Positions 30,391 through 39,944 of a stretch of DNA of 64,000 nucleotides are shown here, in pieces. The DNA is taken from the NCBI GenBank assembly GCA_017935575.1, contig JAGBHI010000064.1:8836-72835 (forward strand), in the 5' to 3' direction. Positions within the stretch are counted from its first letter, which is position 1. The number at the start of each line of letters is the position of its first letter. Under the pieces are notes generated by a model. The model ran no database searches, was not told where the DNA came from, and saw only the letters and a program-made list of their open reading frames with translations. The position numbers and the translations under genes were made by a program. The stretch comes from Bacteroidales bacterium. GTDB lineage: Bacteria > Bacteroidota > Bacteroidia > Bacteroidales > G3-4614.

Positions 30391-31197
30391 ATGAAAGAAA
30401 AAGAGCAAATAATAACTTCCCTTCAAGAGGATACAATCATAAGTAATACAGAACAGACTATTTTGTATGCCGACACTTCCTCATATAAAAATTTATATGA
30501 AGAGGATAAATGTGCAATAATAATAAAAGAAGAAGAGGGTTTTATTGGGACACCGCGTCCTTACAATAACAACTATAGCAACTCTCTATTTGCATTTCTG
30601 ATATTTGCCCTTTTTATTATAACAACAGCAATAAGTCGAAAAAAATTCTCTATACGCAAATTGCTAAGCAACAGAGAGGAGAGTAAAGAGGAGGTTAATC
30701 ACACAATCATTGATTTAATTATTACTATATTACTATGTATCATAACAATGATTACCTCAGCCATAACAATGCTATGGCATATATCCTTAAATAACGAAGC
30801 ACTACTCCCAATACTTCCATTCAAAGAGATTATGCTTACCACAAGTGGCATAGCAACACTATTTATAATACAAGAGATAGTATTATGGTTAATTGGAGAA
30901 GTCTTTTTTACACATAAAGAGGCAAAACTATTTTGTAAAGAGAATGTTGAATTTTACACCATAATTTCATTAATTTTAACTCCAACCATAATAGCCTCGG
31001 CATATATATATTGGCATGCTAACATGTTTATTATCATTGCATTAATACTAATATGTTTAATGCGTATAATATACATTATGCGAAATATTAAAAATTTTAA
31101 ACACGACATTAGTACAACTTGTTATATTATTTTGTACCTTTGCACCGTCGAAATTGTGCCCCTATTCATATTATATAAATGGGCATTAAACATCTGA
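30391..31197 (+). CDS. DUF4271-like polytopic membrane protein
   Basis: About 268 aa with 5-6 predicted TM helices. It lies immediately upstream of the HemD-like gene, as is usual for DUF4271 in Bacteroidota (recalled synteny). Confidence 0.55.
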   Translation: MKEKEQIITSLQEDTIISNTEQTILYADTSSYKNLYEEDKCAIIIKEEEGFIGTPRPYNNNYSNSLFAFLIFALFIITTAISRKKFSIRKLLSNREESKEEVNHTIIDLIITILLCIITMITSAITMLWHISLNNEALLPILPFKEIMLTTSGIATLFIIQEIVLWLIGEVFFTHKEAKLFCKENVEFYTIISLILTPTIIASAYIYWHANMFIIIALILICLMRIIYIMRNIKNFKHDISTTCYIILYLCTVEIVPLFILYKWALNI

Positions 31198-31267
31198 TAA
31201 TGTGTTTAGTAAAATTTCGTGAGAGAAGATAAAACCTTTTATAAATACTATAAAAATAAGCTGTACC

Positions 31268-32029
31268 GTGTCAAAAGTTAAGAGAATTCTTGTTTCACAA
31301 CCTCGTCCCGATAACGAAAAATCGCCATATTTCTCAATTGCCGAAAAATATGGAGTTGAGTTGGTCTTTCGTCCTTTCATTAAAGTAGAAGGAGTAAATG
31401 CAAAAGATTTTCGCCAACAAAAAGTATATATTGAGCAATATACTGCTATTATATTTACTGCACGCACAGCAATTGACCATTTTTTCAGACTTTGTAAGGA
31501 GTTGCGTGTAACCATACCCGATACAATGAAATATTTCTGCACATCGGAACAAATAGCAAACTATCTTCAAAAATATATACAATACCGCAAACGCAAAGTT
31601 AATTTCAGCGAAAACGGAAAACTTGACGGATTACAAGCTCACTTGACACGTCATAAAACAGAGAATTTCCTTTTGCCGGTATCTGACGTAAATAACGGAG
31701 AATTTCCTTTATTGGATAAAATAGGTATCAAATATCAAAAGGCGGTAATGTATCGTACCGTTAGTAACGACTTTACTCCGGAAGAGGAGTTTAACTACGA
31801 CATGTTGGTATTCTTCAGCCCTGCAGGAATAAACTCGCTACTAAAGAACTTCCCAAATTTTGAGCAAGGAGATATAAGAATAGGGACACTTGGTTCAACA
31901 ACAGCAAAAGCCGTTACAGACGCAGGATTACGCTTAGATGTATCAGCTCCTACACCAGAAGCCCCCTCAATAACAGTTGCAATTGAGAACTTCTTAAAAG
32001 AGCAAGCAAAAGCATCTAAAAAGAAATAA
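31268..32029 (+). CDS. Uroporphyrinogen-III synthase-like (HemD family) protein
   Basis: GTG start. MSKVKRILVSQPRPDNEKSPYF... matches the Bacteroidota HemD-like N-terminus, with HEM4-like repeats (IFTARTAIDHFF; VFFSPAGINS). Confidence 0.75.
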   Translation: MSKVKRILVSQPRPDNEKSPYFSIAEKYGVELVFRPFIKVEGVNAKDFRQQKVYIEQYTAIIFTARTAIDHFFRLCKELRVTIPDTMKYFCTSEQIANYLQKYIQYRKRKVNFSENGKLDGLQAHLTRHKTENFLLPVSDVNNGEFPLLDKIGIKYQKAVMYRTVSNDFTPEEEFNYDMLVFFSPAGINSLLKNFPNFEQGDIRIGTLGSTTAKAVTDAGLRLDVSAPTPEAPSITVAIENFLKEQAKASKKK

Positions 32030-32125
32030 TATTTGCTTTATCCGATAAACAAATAATTAGCAAACGTGTAAGATATTAAAGTGAACTTTATATATTTTAC
32101 ACGTTTATTACTATCTTCGCGGTAA

Positions 32126-32506
32126 ATGAAAGAAGAAAAAAAATATTCATTACCACAATCTGAACGATTACGTGGAAAAAGAAGAATAGACTACCTCTTT
32201 GCAAATGCAAAAGGGGTTTTGTCATACCCATATCGCGCACTTTTCGTTGAAAACGGAACTGACACAAGCGCAATAATGGTTTCAATTCCCAAACGTAAGT
32301 TCAAACACGCAGTTGACCGCAACCTATTACGCCGTCGCACACGTGAAGCATACCGTTTAAACAAATTGCAGTTAAGCCAACAATTAAACAATAAAGGATT
32401 AGATATTGCTTTACTTTATATAGGAGACAAAAAAGAGGAGTTCTCTCTATTACAAAAAAAGATGTGCGACCTCTTTAATAAAATTGCCGTTAAAATATGC
32501 GAATAA
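32126..32506 (+). CDS. rnpA: Ribonuclease P protein component
   Basis: 126 aa, basic, with an RNR-type motif ([16 protein letters not shown]). It is followed by yidD. Confidence 0.85.
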   Translation: MKEEKKYSLPQSERLRGKRRIDYLFANAKGVLSYPYRALFVENGTDTSAIMVSIPKRKFKHAVDRNLLRRRTREAYRLNKLQLSQQLNNKGLDIALLYIGDKKEEFSLLQKKMCDLFNKIAVKICE

Positions 32507-32715
32507 TAAGCTACATACTGCTGATACCTATATACTTTTATAGATCATGCATATCGCCAATGCTACCTCCTGCGTGCCGTTATACTCCAACCTGTTCGCA
32601 ATACGCAATAGAGGCGATAAAAAAGCACGGACCCTTCAAAGGTTTATGGTTAGCAATTAAAAGGATATTACGCTGTCACCCATGGGGAGGAAGCGGATAT
32701 GACCCGGTCCCATAG
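32497..32715 (+). CDS. yidD: Membrane protein insertion efficiency factor YidD
   Basis: Conserved [11 protein letters not shown] motif and C-terminal [13 protein letters not shown]. It overlaps rnpA by 10 nt. Confidence 0.9.
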   Translation: MRIISYILLIPIYFYRSCISPMLPPACRYTPTCSQYAIEAIKKHGPFKGLWLAIKRILRCHPWGGSGYDPVP

Positions 32716-32726
32716 CTGAGAATACT

Positions 32727-33362
32727 ATGTATATAAACCTGCATACACACAATAAACAGCATAACAAGGGTATAGCAATATATAACCTTCAACTACCAAA
32801 CGAAAAACCAAACGAGCTTCTCTGTAGCGCAGGGCTACACCCTTGGCATATAAATCTTGAGAATTATAAAGATGTTATCAAGAAGATAAAAGAGCTTGCT
32901 CGGGAGAAAGAGGTGGTAGCAATAGGAGAGTGTGGGCTTGACAAAATATGTACAACTCCTTTTGAACTACAAAAAGAGGTATTTAAAGAGCAAATAGCAA
33001 TATCAGAAGATGTCGCAAAGCCTATTATAATACATTGTGTAAAAAGTTATAACGAAATTATAGCCCTAAAGAAAGAGATAAAGCCCCTTCAGACATGGAT
33101 AATTCACGGATTTAGAGGTAAAGCAGAAACTGCAAAAATGCTATCAGCAGCAGGAATTATAGTATCAATAGGAGAGAAGTTTAATTCTGAGATAGTACAA
33201 ACCATTTGTAGTGAAAATATATTCATTGAAAGCGACGAAAGCAAACGCACAATAGATGAGATATACCAAAATATTGCAGATAAATGGCATATAACAAGCC
33301 ATGAATTACAAGAGAGAGTAGAAAAATTATACAAAAAAGTATTTGTGCAGAAGGCTCGTTAA
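32727..33362 (+). CDS. TatD-family metal-dependent hydrolase (short form)
   Basis: Has the HxH motif (NLHTHN), IGECGLD and IIHCV. At 211 aa it is shorter than canonical TatD. Confidence 0.7.
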   Translation: MYINLHTHNKQHNKGIAIYNLQLPNEKPNELLCSAGLHPWHINLENYKDVIKKIKELAREKEVVAIGECGLDKICTTPFELQKEVFKEQIAISEDVAKPIIIHCVKSYNEIIALKKEIKPLQTWIIHGFRGKAETAKMLSAAGIIVSIGEKFNSEIVQTICSENIFIESDESKRTIDEIYQNIADKWHITSHELQERVEKLYKKVFVQKAR

Positions 33363-33422
33363 GAGAAAAATATGTAACTTCGCAAACTCAAATAACGATT
33401 AACAATAAAAACAATATAGAAA

Positions 33423-34721
33423 ATGAATTTTAACTTTGTTGAAGAACTTCGCTGGAGAGGCATGATACACGATATGATGCCCGGAACCGAAGAACAATTG
33501 CAAAAAGAGATGACTGTTGCATATGTAGGAATAGACCCAACAGCCGACTCTTTGCATATAGGACACCTTGTAGGAGTAATGATGCTTCGCCATTTTCAGA
33601 GAGCAGGACACAAACCCCTTGCATTGGTAGGAGGAGCAACAGGAATGATTGGCGACCCCTCAATGAAGTCGCAAGAGCGTAACCTATTAGACGAAGCAAC
33701 ACTTCGCCACAATCAAGAGGCAATAAAAAAACAGTTGGCAAAATTCTTGGATTTTGATTCAGATGCTCCCAATAGCGCCGAATTGGTAAACAACTACGAT
33801 TGGATGAAAGAGTTCTCATTCCTTGACTTCATACGTGAAGTAGGAAAACATATAACCGTAAACTATATGATGGCAAAAGACTCTGTTAAACGTCGTTTAG
33901 CAGGAGAAGGTACATCAGGTTTATCATTTACAGAGTTCTCATACCAACTTGTACAAGGTTATGACTTTACATACCTAAACAAAACAAAAGGGTGTAAATT
34001 ACAAATGGGCGGCTCTGACCAATGGGGAAACATCACTACAGGAACAGAGCTAATACGCCGTATGAATGGCGACGAAGCATTTGCGTTGACTTGCCCATTG
34101 ATAACAAAAGCCGACGGAGGAAAATTCGGAAAAACCGAATCGGGTAACGTATGGTTGGATCCACGCTACACATCACCTTACAAATTCTACCAATTCTGGC
34201 TAAACGTAGGCGATGCTGATGCTGAGAAATATATAAAAATATTCACCTCTCTAACAAAAGAGGAGATTGAGAAATTGATTGAAGAGCAAAACGCAGCTCC
34301 TCATCTACGCCCCTTACAAAAGAAATTAGCAGAAGAGGTAACTGTAATGGTTCACTCTCGCGAAGCATACGAAGCAGCCGTAGCAGCATCACAAATACTA
34401 TTTGGAGGAGCAACATCTGACGCACTTCGCAAGATTGACGAAGAGACCTTGTTAAGCGTATTTGAGGGAGTACCCCAATTTGAAATAAGCAAAGAGGAGT
34501 TAAAAGAGGGAATAAAAGCAGTTGACCTATTAGCAGAAAAGAGTGCAGTATTTCCATCAAAAGGCGAGATGCGTAAAACCGTACAAGGTGGCGGTGTTAT
34601 GATAAATAAAGAGAAACTAACAGCATTTGACCAAATAATAGACGAAAATGCCTTGTTAAACGGCAAATATATATTGGCTCAACGAGGCAAAAAGAACTAT
34701 TTCCTAATAATAGCGAAATAA
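33423..34721 (+). CDS. tyrS: Tyrosine--tRNA ligase
   Basis: Class I HIGH (LHIGHL) and KMSKS-equivalent (KFGKT) motifs, plus a C-terminal S4-like domain. Confidence 0.95.
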   Translation: MNFNFVEELRWRGMIHDMMPGTEEQLQKEMTVAYVGIDPTADSLHIGHLVGVMMLRHFQRAGHKPLALVGGATGMIGDPSMKSQERNLLDEATLRHNQEAIKKQLAKFLDFDSDAPNSAELVNNYDWMKEFSFLDFIREVGKHITVNYMMAKDSVKRRLAGEGTSGLSFTEFSYQLVQGYDFTYLNKTKGCKLQMGGSDQWGNITTGTELIRRMNGDEAFALTCPLITKADGGKFGKTESGNVWLDPRYTSPYKFYQFWLNVGDADAEKYIKIFTSLTKEEIEKLIEEQNAAPHLRPLQKKLAEEVTVMVHSREAYEAAVAASQILFGGATSDALRKIDEETLLSVFEGVPQFEISKEELKEGIKAVDLLAEKSAVFPSKGEMRKTVQGGGVMINKEKLTAFDQIIDENALLNGKYILAQRGKKNYFLIIAK

Positions 34722-34737
34722 TTTTTAGCAAAAATCT

Positions 34738-34767
34738 TTTGCAATTAAAAAATTTGCATTATCTTTG
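34738..34767 (+). promoter_or_regulatory. Promoter of tRNA-Gln
   Basis: TTTG (34738-34741) and TATCTTTG (34760-34767) with 18-bp spacing, about 40 nt upstream of the tRNA. Confidence 0.5.
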
Positions 34768-34807
34768 CACCCGTTACGCAAGGTTAAGACCTGCGAACAA
34801 TAAGGAT

Positions 34808-34878
34808 TGTCTTATGGTGTAATGGTAGCACTGCAGTTTTTGGTTCTGCCTGTCTAGGTTCGAATCCTGGTAAGACAA
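34808..34878 (+). tRNA. tRNA-Gln (anticodon TTG)
   Basis: Hand-folded structure:
- acceptor stem TGTCTTA/TAAGACA, 7 perfect pairs with U1-A72 as in bacterial tRNA-Gln;
- D arm GTG-TAATGGTAG-CAC;
- anticodon loop TT-TTG-GT, with one U.U at the stem end;
- T arm CTAGG-TTCGAAT-CCTGG.
No CCA is encoded. Confidence 0.85.
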
Positions 34879-34882
34879 CAGA

Positions 34883-34908
34883 AAGGGCGCTGTTTAGCGC
34901 CCTTTTTT
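34883..34908 (+). terminator. Intrinsic terminator after tRNA-Gln
   Basis: Stem AAGGGCGC(34883-34890)/GCGCCCTT(34897-34904) followed by a T-run. Confidence 0.7.
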
Positions 34909-34943
34909 ATTTATATACATTCTTTTTATTTGCTTCTTTTCTA

Positions 34944-34974
34944 TTTGATAATAATCATAAAAATAATATCTTTG
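34944..34974 (+). promoter_or_regulatory. Promoter of the CNNM/CorC gene
   Basis: TTTG (34944-34947) and TATCTTTG (34967-34974) with 19-bp spacing, 24 nt upstream of the TTG start codon. Confidence 0.45.
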
Positions 34975-34997
34975 TCAAAACCTTAAACATCTATATT

Positions 34998-36302
34998 TTG
35001 ACAGAGATAATAATAATCCTTATACTGATACTTCTGAACGGAGTCCTATCAATGTCGGAGATAGCCATAATATCTTCGCGACGCACCTATCTGCAAAAAG
35101 AGAGTGATAAAGGCAACAGAAAAGCAAAAACGGCATTAAGGCTATTTGACAACCCTGATAAATTCCTATCAACAGTACAGATAGGAATAACAGCCATAGG
35201 AATACTTACAGGTATATTCTCAGGAGCCACATTAGCAGAAGAGTTTGCCGATATTCTTTCAAGAACCGGCTTACCACTAAATTACGCACAACCCATAGCT
35301 AAAGCATTAATAGTAATAATAGTAACATACTTCACCCTTATATTAGGCGAACTTGTTCCAAAACGAATAGGAATGAGTGCATCAGAAAAGGTAGGAATCA
35401 TGGTTGCCAAACCTATGAGTATGTTAGCCAAAATAACATCGCCATTCGTAAAACTACTTTCGGCAAGCACCTCACTTATTGTTTCGTTAATGGGAATTAA
35501 AGAAGATAGTGGCAAAGTTACAGAAGAGGAGATACTATCAATGGTAAAAGAGGGACGCCTTGACGGAGAGGTACAAGAAGTAGAAGAAGACATAATGGAA
35601 CGCGTGTTCTTACTTGGCGACCTTAAAGTAGAATCAATAATGACTCATCGTAGCGAGGTAGTATCAATAAGTAACACCATGAGTCGCGATGAGATAATCG
35701 CACTTATAAAAGAGAACGATTTTGATACATATCCCATATACTCCGAAAAGGAAGATTCAATAATAGGAGTAGCCACATTCAAGGAGTTAGCATTTGAATT
35801 AATACAAAATGAGTTTAAATTTGAGAATATAATATCAAAACCCATATATATCCCCGAAAATTTAAGTGTATATAAAGCACTTGAAACGATGAAAGAGAAG
35901 TGCGTAACAGAACTTATGGTATGCGATGAATTTGGGGCATTAGCAGGAGTTATAACCCTCAGAGATATAATGGAGGGATTAGTCGGAAATATAGATGAAG
36001 ACCCCGATGAACAATCGATAGTAAAACGCTCTGAAAAAGAGGAGTGGTTAATTGATGGGCAGATATCATTTTACGACTTCCTATCTCACTTTGAGAAAGA
36101 GGACCTTTATGATGAAGCCTCATACAATACCCTCGCAGGTCTGATACTTGATAAGCTCGAGCATATACCCACTGCAGGCGAAAAATTGGAATGGGATATT
36201 TTTAAACTTGAGATAGTTGATATGGACGGAGCCAGAATAGATAAAGTTTCTGTATCAATACTACCAAATTCAAAAGAGGACGAGTCTCTGCAAAGGCTTT
36301 AG
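34998..36302 (+). CDS. CNNM/CorC-HlyC family protein (DUF21 + 2xCBS + CorC_HlyC)
   Basis: A TTG start is needed to keep the first DUF21 helix (IIIILILILLNGVLSMSEIAIISS). A CBS pair and the C-terminal transporter-associated domain (EWLIDGQISFYDF...) are present. Confidence 0.85.
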   Translation: MTEIIIILILILLNGVLSMSEIAIISSRRTYLQKESDKGNRKAKTALRLFDNPDKFLSTVQIGITAIGILTGIFSGATLAEEFADILSRTGLPLNYAQPIAKALIVIIVTYFTLILGELVPKRIGMSASEKVGIMVAKPMSMLAKITSPFVKLLSASTSLIVSLMGIKEDSGKVTEEEILSMVKEGRLDGEVQEVEEDIMERVFLLGDLKVESIMTHRSEVVSISNTMSRDEIIALIKENDFDTYPIYSEKEDSIIGVATFKELAFELIQNEFKFENIISKPIYIPENLSVYKALETMKEKCVTELMVCDEFGALAGVITLRDIMEGLVGNIDEDPDEQSIVKRSEKEEWLIDGQISFYDFLSHFEKEDLYDEASYNTLAGLILDKLEHIPTAGEKLEWDIFKLEIVDMDGARIDKVSVSILPNSKEDESLQRL

Positions 36303-36411
36303 TTATGACATACGCATACTCAAATGCAATAATGGATAAAATTGAAGAGGTCGTAAAAAACGGATTAACAGGGACAGAAGGCGATGATTGGTAAAACCAA
36401 TCCATATAAAA

Positions 36412-36446
36412 CAAAAAAGAGGCACTTTCACAAGTGTCTCTTTTTT
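36412..36446. terminator. Bidirectional terminator (CNNM gene on +, tRNA-Asn pair on -)
   Basis: An A-run, then stem AGAGGCAC(36418-36425)/GTGTCTCT(36434-36441) with one G.U pair, then a T-run. Confidence 0.6.
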
Positions 36447-36447
36447 G

Positions 36448-36521
36448 CTCTTCAGGTTGGACTTGAACCAACGACCCTCTGATTAACAGTCAGATGCTCT
36501 AACCGACTGAGCTACTGAAGA
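36448..36521 (-). tRNA. tRNA-Asn (anticodon GTT), copy 1
   Basis: The reverse complement is TCTTCAGTAGCTCAGTCGGTTAGAGCATCTGACTGTTAATCAGAGGGTCGTTGGTTCAAGTCCAACCTGAAGAG. It folds as a canonical cloverleaf with anticodon loop CU-GUU-AA. Confidence 0.9.
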
Positions 36522-36548
36522 ATAAATATTTAGGTAGTTATGAAAACG

Positions 36549-36622
36549 CTCTTCAGGTTGGACTTGAACCAACGACCCTCTGATTAACAGTCAGATGCTC
36601 TAACCGACTGAGCTACTGAAGA
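36549..36622 (-). tRNA. tRNA-Asn (anticodon GTT), copy 2
   Basis: Identical in sequence to copy 1, with a 27-bp spacer. A TACTTTTG motif on the minus strand about 35 nt upstream (near 36656-36663) is a candidate -7 box. Confidence 0.9.
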
Positions 36623-36823
36623 AGATTTTAGCACACCTTATTACGGAAATGCGACTGCAAAAGTAACCCCAATTTTCCAATTATGCAACTAATTGCCCTA
36701 TTTTTTTGTAAAAAGAGTAGTAAAAAAGGCAAAATTGTGATTCACAAACTATATTCTTAATGATTTTTATATTGCAGATACCACAAAAGATAACTACCTT
36801 AGCACTTTAAAATAACATTTAAT

Positions 36824-38479
36824 ATGAAAAAACTATTAAAACCAATATTGCTCTCTCTTATAGCTATAGCCATATCAGCAAATAGTTATGCTGATAAAAA
36901 AAATTTTGAACTCATAAAGAATACCGATATATTCAATGCCATACTTAAAGAGTTATCACTTTTTTATGTTGATTCAATAGACGCCGAAAAAATAATAGGA
37001 AACGGAATAAAGAGTATGCTCTATTCCCTTGACCCCTATACAACATACATTCCTAAATCGGAAGAGCATGACCTTAAATTTATGACTACCGGTGAATATG
37101 CAGGAGTTGGAGCATTAATATCTCCTCGCGACTCTCTTATTCAAATATCAAGCATATACGAAGGCAACCCTGCCCAAATTGGAGGCATGAAACCCGGTGA
37201 TTTGATTTTAGAGATAAACGGAGAATCAATGATAGGGAAGAGCAACGATTACGTAAGCAACCACTTACGAGGTAAAGCCAACACTTTAGCTGTTGTAAAG
37301 GTTAAACGCCCTATGGTTGATACAATTGTTACACTTGACATAACTCGTAAAAAAATATATATACCCGCAGTATCATACTATGGAGTAATTGAAGAGGGAA
37401 TAGGATATATATATTTATCATCATTTAATACTCAAGCAGCATCAGAGGTAAAAGAGGCTCTTAAAGATTTAAAAAAGAGAGAAAATATAAAATCATTGAT
37501 TTTAGACTTACGTGGAAATCCCGGAGGATTATTAGATGAGGCCATAGGAGTTGTAAACCTTTTTGTTCCCAAAGGGAAAACAATATTAGAAACAAAAGGT
37601 AAAGTAAAACAGCAAGAGCGCATATATAAAACATCACAATCTCCCATTGATACCACAATGCCTCTTGCCGTACTTGTAAGTAACGAAAGTGCATCGGCTT
37701 CTGAAATTGTAGCAGGAGCATTACAAGATCTTGACAGAGCAGTTATTGTAGGAGACAGGACCTTTGGTAAAGGGTTGGTTCAAACAACACGACCCTTACC
37801 TCATGATGGTACTCTTAAAATCACAACAGCAAAATACTATATCCCAAGCGGACGACTTATTCAGGCAATAGATTACTCACACCGTAACCCTGATGGCTCT
37901 GTTGGACGTATTCCCGATTCTCTCACAACAGAGTTTAAAACAGCAGCAGGACGTATAGTACGTGACGGAGGAGGTATAACCCCCGATATAAAACATGAAT
38001 ACCCCAAACAATCAAATATCATATACTATTTGACTAAAGATTACCATATCTTTGACTTCGCAACTCAATATGCAGCAAAACACAAAAACATTCCTGTCGT
38101 TGGAGAGTTTTCTCTAACTGACGAAGAGTATGCCGAATTTAAAGAGATGTTGAAAGAGAGAAACTTTACATACGACAGAGAGAGTATCAGCCTATTAAAG
38201 AAGCTAAAAGAACTTGCCGAATTTGAAGGTTACATGGATATTGCAGGAGAGACATTTGAAACTCTTCAAAAACAATTAGAACACAATATTGATAAGGATT
38301 TAGAGACTTTTAAAGAAACAATAAAAAAAGAGTTGGAGAGTGAAATAGTAGAGAGATATTACTACACCAAAGGCAGCATGGAACGTGTCGTTAAAGATGA
38401 CACATGCATAAAAGAGGCAGCTGCCATTTTGAATAACCTTGAAGAGTATAAAAATATTCTTTCTCCAAAAGAAAAATAG
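36824..38479 (+). CDS. S41-family C-terminal processing peptidase (Tsp/Prc-like) with PDZ domain
   Basis: Signal peptide, PDZ region (GGMKPGDLILEINGE) and S41 motifs (DLRGNPGG; SASASE; FGKGLVQ). Confidence 0.9.
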   Translation: MKKLLKPILLSLIAIAISANSYADKKNFELIKNTDIFNAILKELSLFYVDSIDAEKIIGNGIKSMLYSLDPYTTYIPKSEEHDLKFMTTGEYAGVGALISPRDSLIQISSIYEGNPAQIGGMKPGDLILEINGESMIGKSNDYVSNHLRGKANTLAVVKVKRPMVDTIVTLDITRKKIYIPAVSYYGVIEEGIGYIYLSSFNTQAASEVKEALKDLKKRENIKSLILDLRGNPGGLLDEAIGVVNLFVPKGKTILETKGKVKQQERIYKTSQSPIDTTMPLAVLVSNESASASEIVAGALQDLDRAVIVGDRTFGKGLVQTTRPLPHDGTLKITTAKYYIPSGRLIQAIDYSHRNPDGSVGRIPDSLTTEFKTAAGRIVRDGGGITPDIKHEYPKQSNIIYYLTKDYHIFDFATQYAAKHKNIPVVGEFSLTDEEYAEFKEMLKERNFTYDRESISLLKKLKELAEFEGYMDIAGETFETLQKQLEHNIDKDLETFKETIKKELESEIVERYYYTKGSMERVVKDDTCIKEAAAILNNLEEYKNILSPKEK

Positions 38480-38481
38480 TT

Positions 38482-39012
38482 ATGGCACACCCTCTTGAGA
38501 AATTCAGATTTTGCCCGGCATGCGGTTCAAACAAATTTGAGGAGAACAATGCATACTCAAAGAGATGTACCGATTGTGGTTTTACATACTACGATAATCC
38601 CAAAGCTGCAACTGTTGCCATAATCATGAATAAAAAAGGGGAGATATTGGTATGCAGACGAGCTAAAGAGCCTGCAAAGGGGACTCTTGATCTTCCGGGA
38701 GGATTTACAGATATAGGAGAGACCGCAGAAAATGGTGTAATTCGCGAAGTGAAAGAGGAGACAGGATTAGATGTTACAGAAGTTACATTTCTCTTCTCAA
38801 AACCCAACATCTACCCATTTTCAGGAATGATAGTAAATACAATGGATCTCTTCTTCCTATGTAAAGTTGATACAGACAAAAAGCCTTTGGCTAATGACGA
38901 TGTTGCAGAGACGTTTTTTGCACCCCTTCAAGATCTAAAACCCGAAGAGTTTGGATTGCATTCAATCAGCGAAGCTATAGCTGATATTAAGTTGTTAGCC
39001 AACAACCGATAA
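38482..39012 (+). CDS. NUDIX hydrolase with N-terminal zinc ribbon
   Basis: Zinc ribbon CPACGS...CTDCG, and Nudix box GGFTDIGETAENGVIREVKEETGL. Confidence 0.85.
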   Translation: MAHPLEKFRFCPACGSNKFEENNAYSKRCTDCGFTYYDNPKAATVAIIMNKKGEILVCRRAKEPAKGTLDLPGGFTDIGETAENGVIREVKEETGLDVTEVTFLFSKPNIYPFSGMIVNTMDLFFLCKVDTDKKPLANDDVAETFFAPLQDLKPEEFGLHSISEAIADIKLLANNR

Positions 39013-39849
39013 CTAATCGTTTATTTGTAAAATTTGCAGAGGAATATTGCTAATCTTTGCGGCAATCTCAGAAAAAGAGCTATAAAAACTGCCGTAAATC
39101 TTCTCTGTTTTTGACAAAAGCCACATCTCCTTAACAGCCTCCTTTATACCCTCTTCACTATTACGGTTACAATCTGTCTCTATTGATAGTATTTTATCAC
39201 CAAAAATATCTTTAAGATATTTCTTTGTAGCCTTATCATCAGTAGCCAGATAGAACTTTGTTTTGGGATAAAGTTCAACCTCTTTTTGCATTGCATCAAT
39301 AAAAAGTTCAAGAGGAGAACGCTCAATTGAAAGGAGATTATCGGTTCTGCGAATATGAACACCTATATTTCTTGAACCAAAATTCTTATCTATATAATTA
39401 TCAACTTCAGAAAGGATATCTTTCACCAGAACAAAATTATCAGATAATGAAGGAGCGTAATTGCCAAAATCATAACAACTCTCAATCAGAACTTTACCAC
39501 TACTCTTTATAATATCTTCCAATTTACCCTCATTTCTGAGTTTTACAAATTCCGATGAGTATATACAACGGTCAAAAAGAATAGGTGCAGTTATGAATGG
39601 TAACCAAAGAGTATGACGACGAGGAGAACGATATATAAAACGGTCAAAAAATGTAGCCTCCTTAACCATTAATTTATCATACAAAGGCATATTAAAGATA
39701 GAGGTAAATGGAGCGTTCAACTCAAAATTTTTAAACCATATAACAGTCAATGGAATATCATTAGCTTTGGCTAACTCCAATGTTGCATTAATAGCCCTTA
39801 CTCTATTTGCCAATCCCCCATAAGGGACAAGATATATCTCTCTCTTCAT
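39013..39849 (-). CDS. Putative glycosyltransferase of the fucosyltransferase superfamily (GT11/GT23/GT65-like)
   Basis: 278 aa. The N-terminal GGLANRVRAI and the HxRRxD motif (GVHIRRTDN) are the hallmark of fucosyltransferase-superfamily enzymes. The specific family is not determinable by eye. Confidence 0.45.
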   Translation of the reverse strand: MKREIYLVPYGGLANRVRAINATLELAKANDIPLTVIWFKNFELNAPFTSIFNMPLYDKLMVKEATFFDRFIYRSPRRHTLWLPFITAPILFDRCIYSSEFVKLRNEGKLEDIIKSSGKVLIESCYDFGNYAPSLSDNFVLVKDILSEVDNYIDKNFGSRNIGVHIRRTDNLLSIERSPLELFIDAMQKEVELYPKTKFYLATDDKATKKYLKDIFGDKILSIETDCNRNSEEGIKEAVKEMWLLSKTEKIYGSFYSSFSEIAAKISNIPLQILQIND

Positions 39850-39944
39850 AATAGTAAAATTCTTTACAAAAGTATATTAAAAATTCATCTTGTAAAAGAG
39901 GCATATTTTTAGTAATTTCGCAACATACAAGAAAGTGAAATAAA

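Noticed and set aside
32062-32106. 10-bp perfect inverted repeat AAACGTGTAA/TTACACGTTT upstream of rnpA, considered as a regulatory RNA or operator
   Set aside because: It has a 25-nt AT-rich loop and no T-run. It is most simply a weak terminator or processing hairpin after the hemD-like gene, and there is not enough evidence for a specific call.
36305-36394. 29-codon ORF (MTYAYSNAIMDKIEEVVKNGLTGTEGDDW) starting 2 nt after the CNNM gene stop
   Set aside because: It is too short, has no recognisable features, and lies in a terminator-proximal spacer. It could be a real micro-protein, but nothing in the sequence supports this beyond an open frame.
36202-36471. 89-aa minus-strand ORF overlapping the CNNM 3' end, the terminator and tRNA-Asn
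   Set aside because: It runs through a tRNA gene and a terminator hairpin, so it is not a plausible coding region.
36448-36622. Repeat-spacer-repeat pattern checked as a possible CRISPR or mobile-element end
   Set aside because: There are only two repeats, and each folds as a canonical tRNA-Asn. No cas genes, transposase or integrase occur anywhere in the window.
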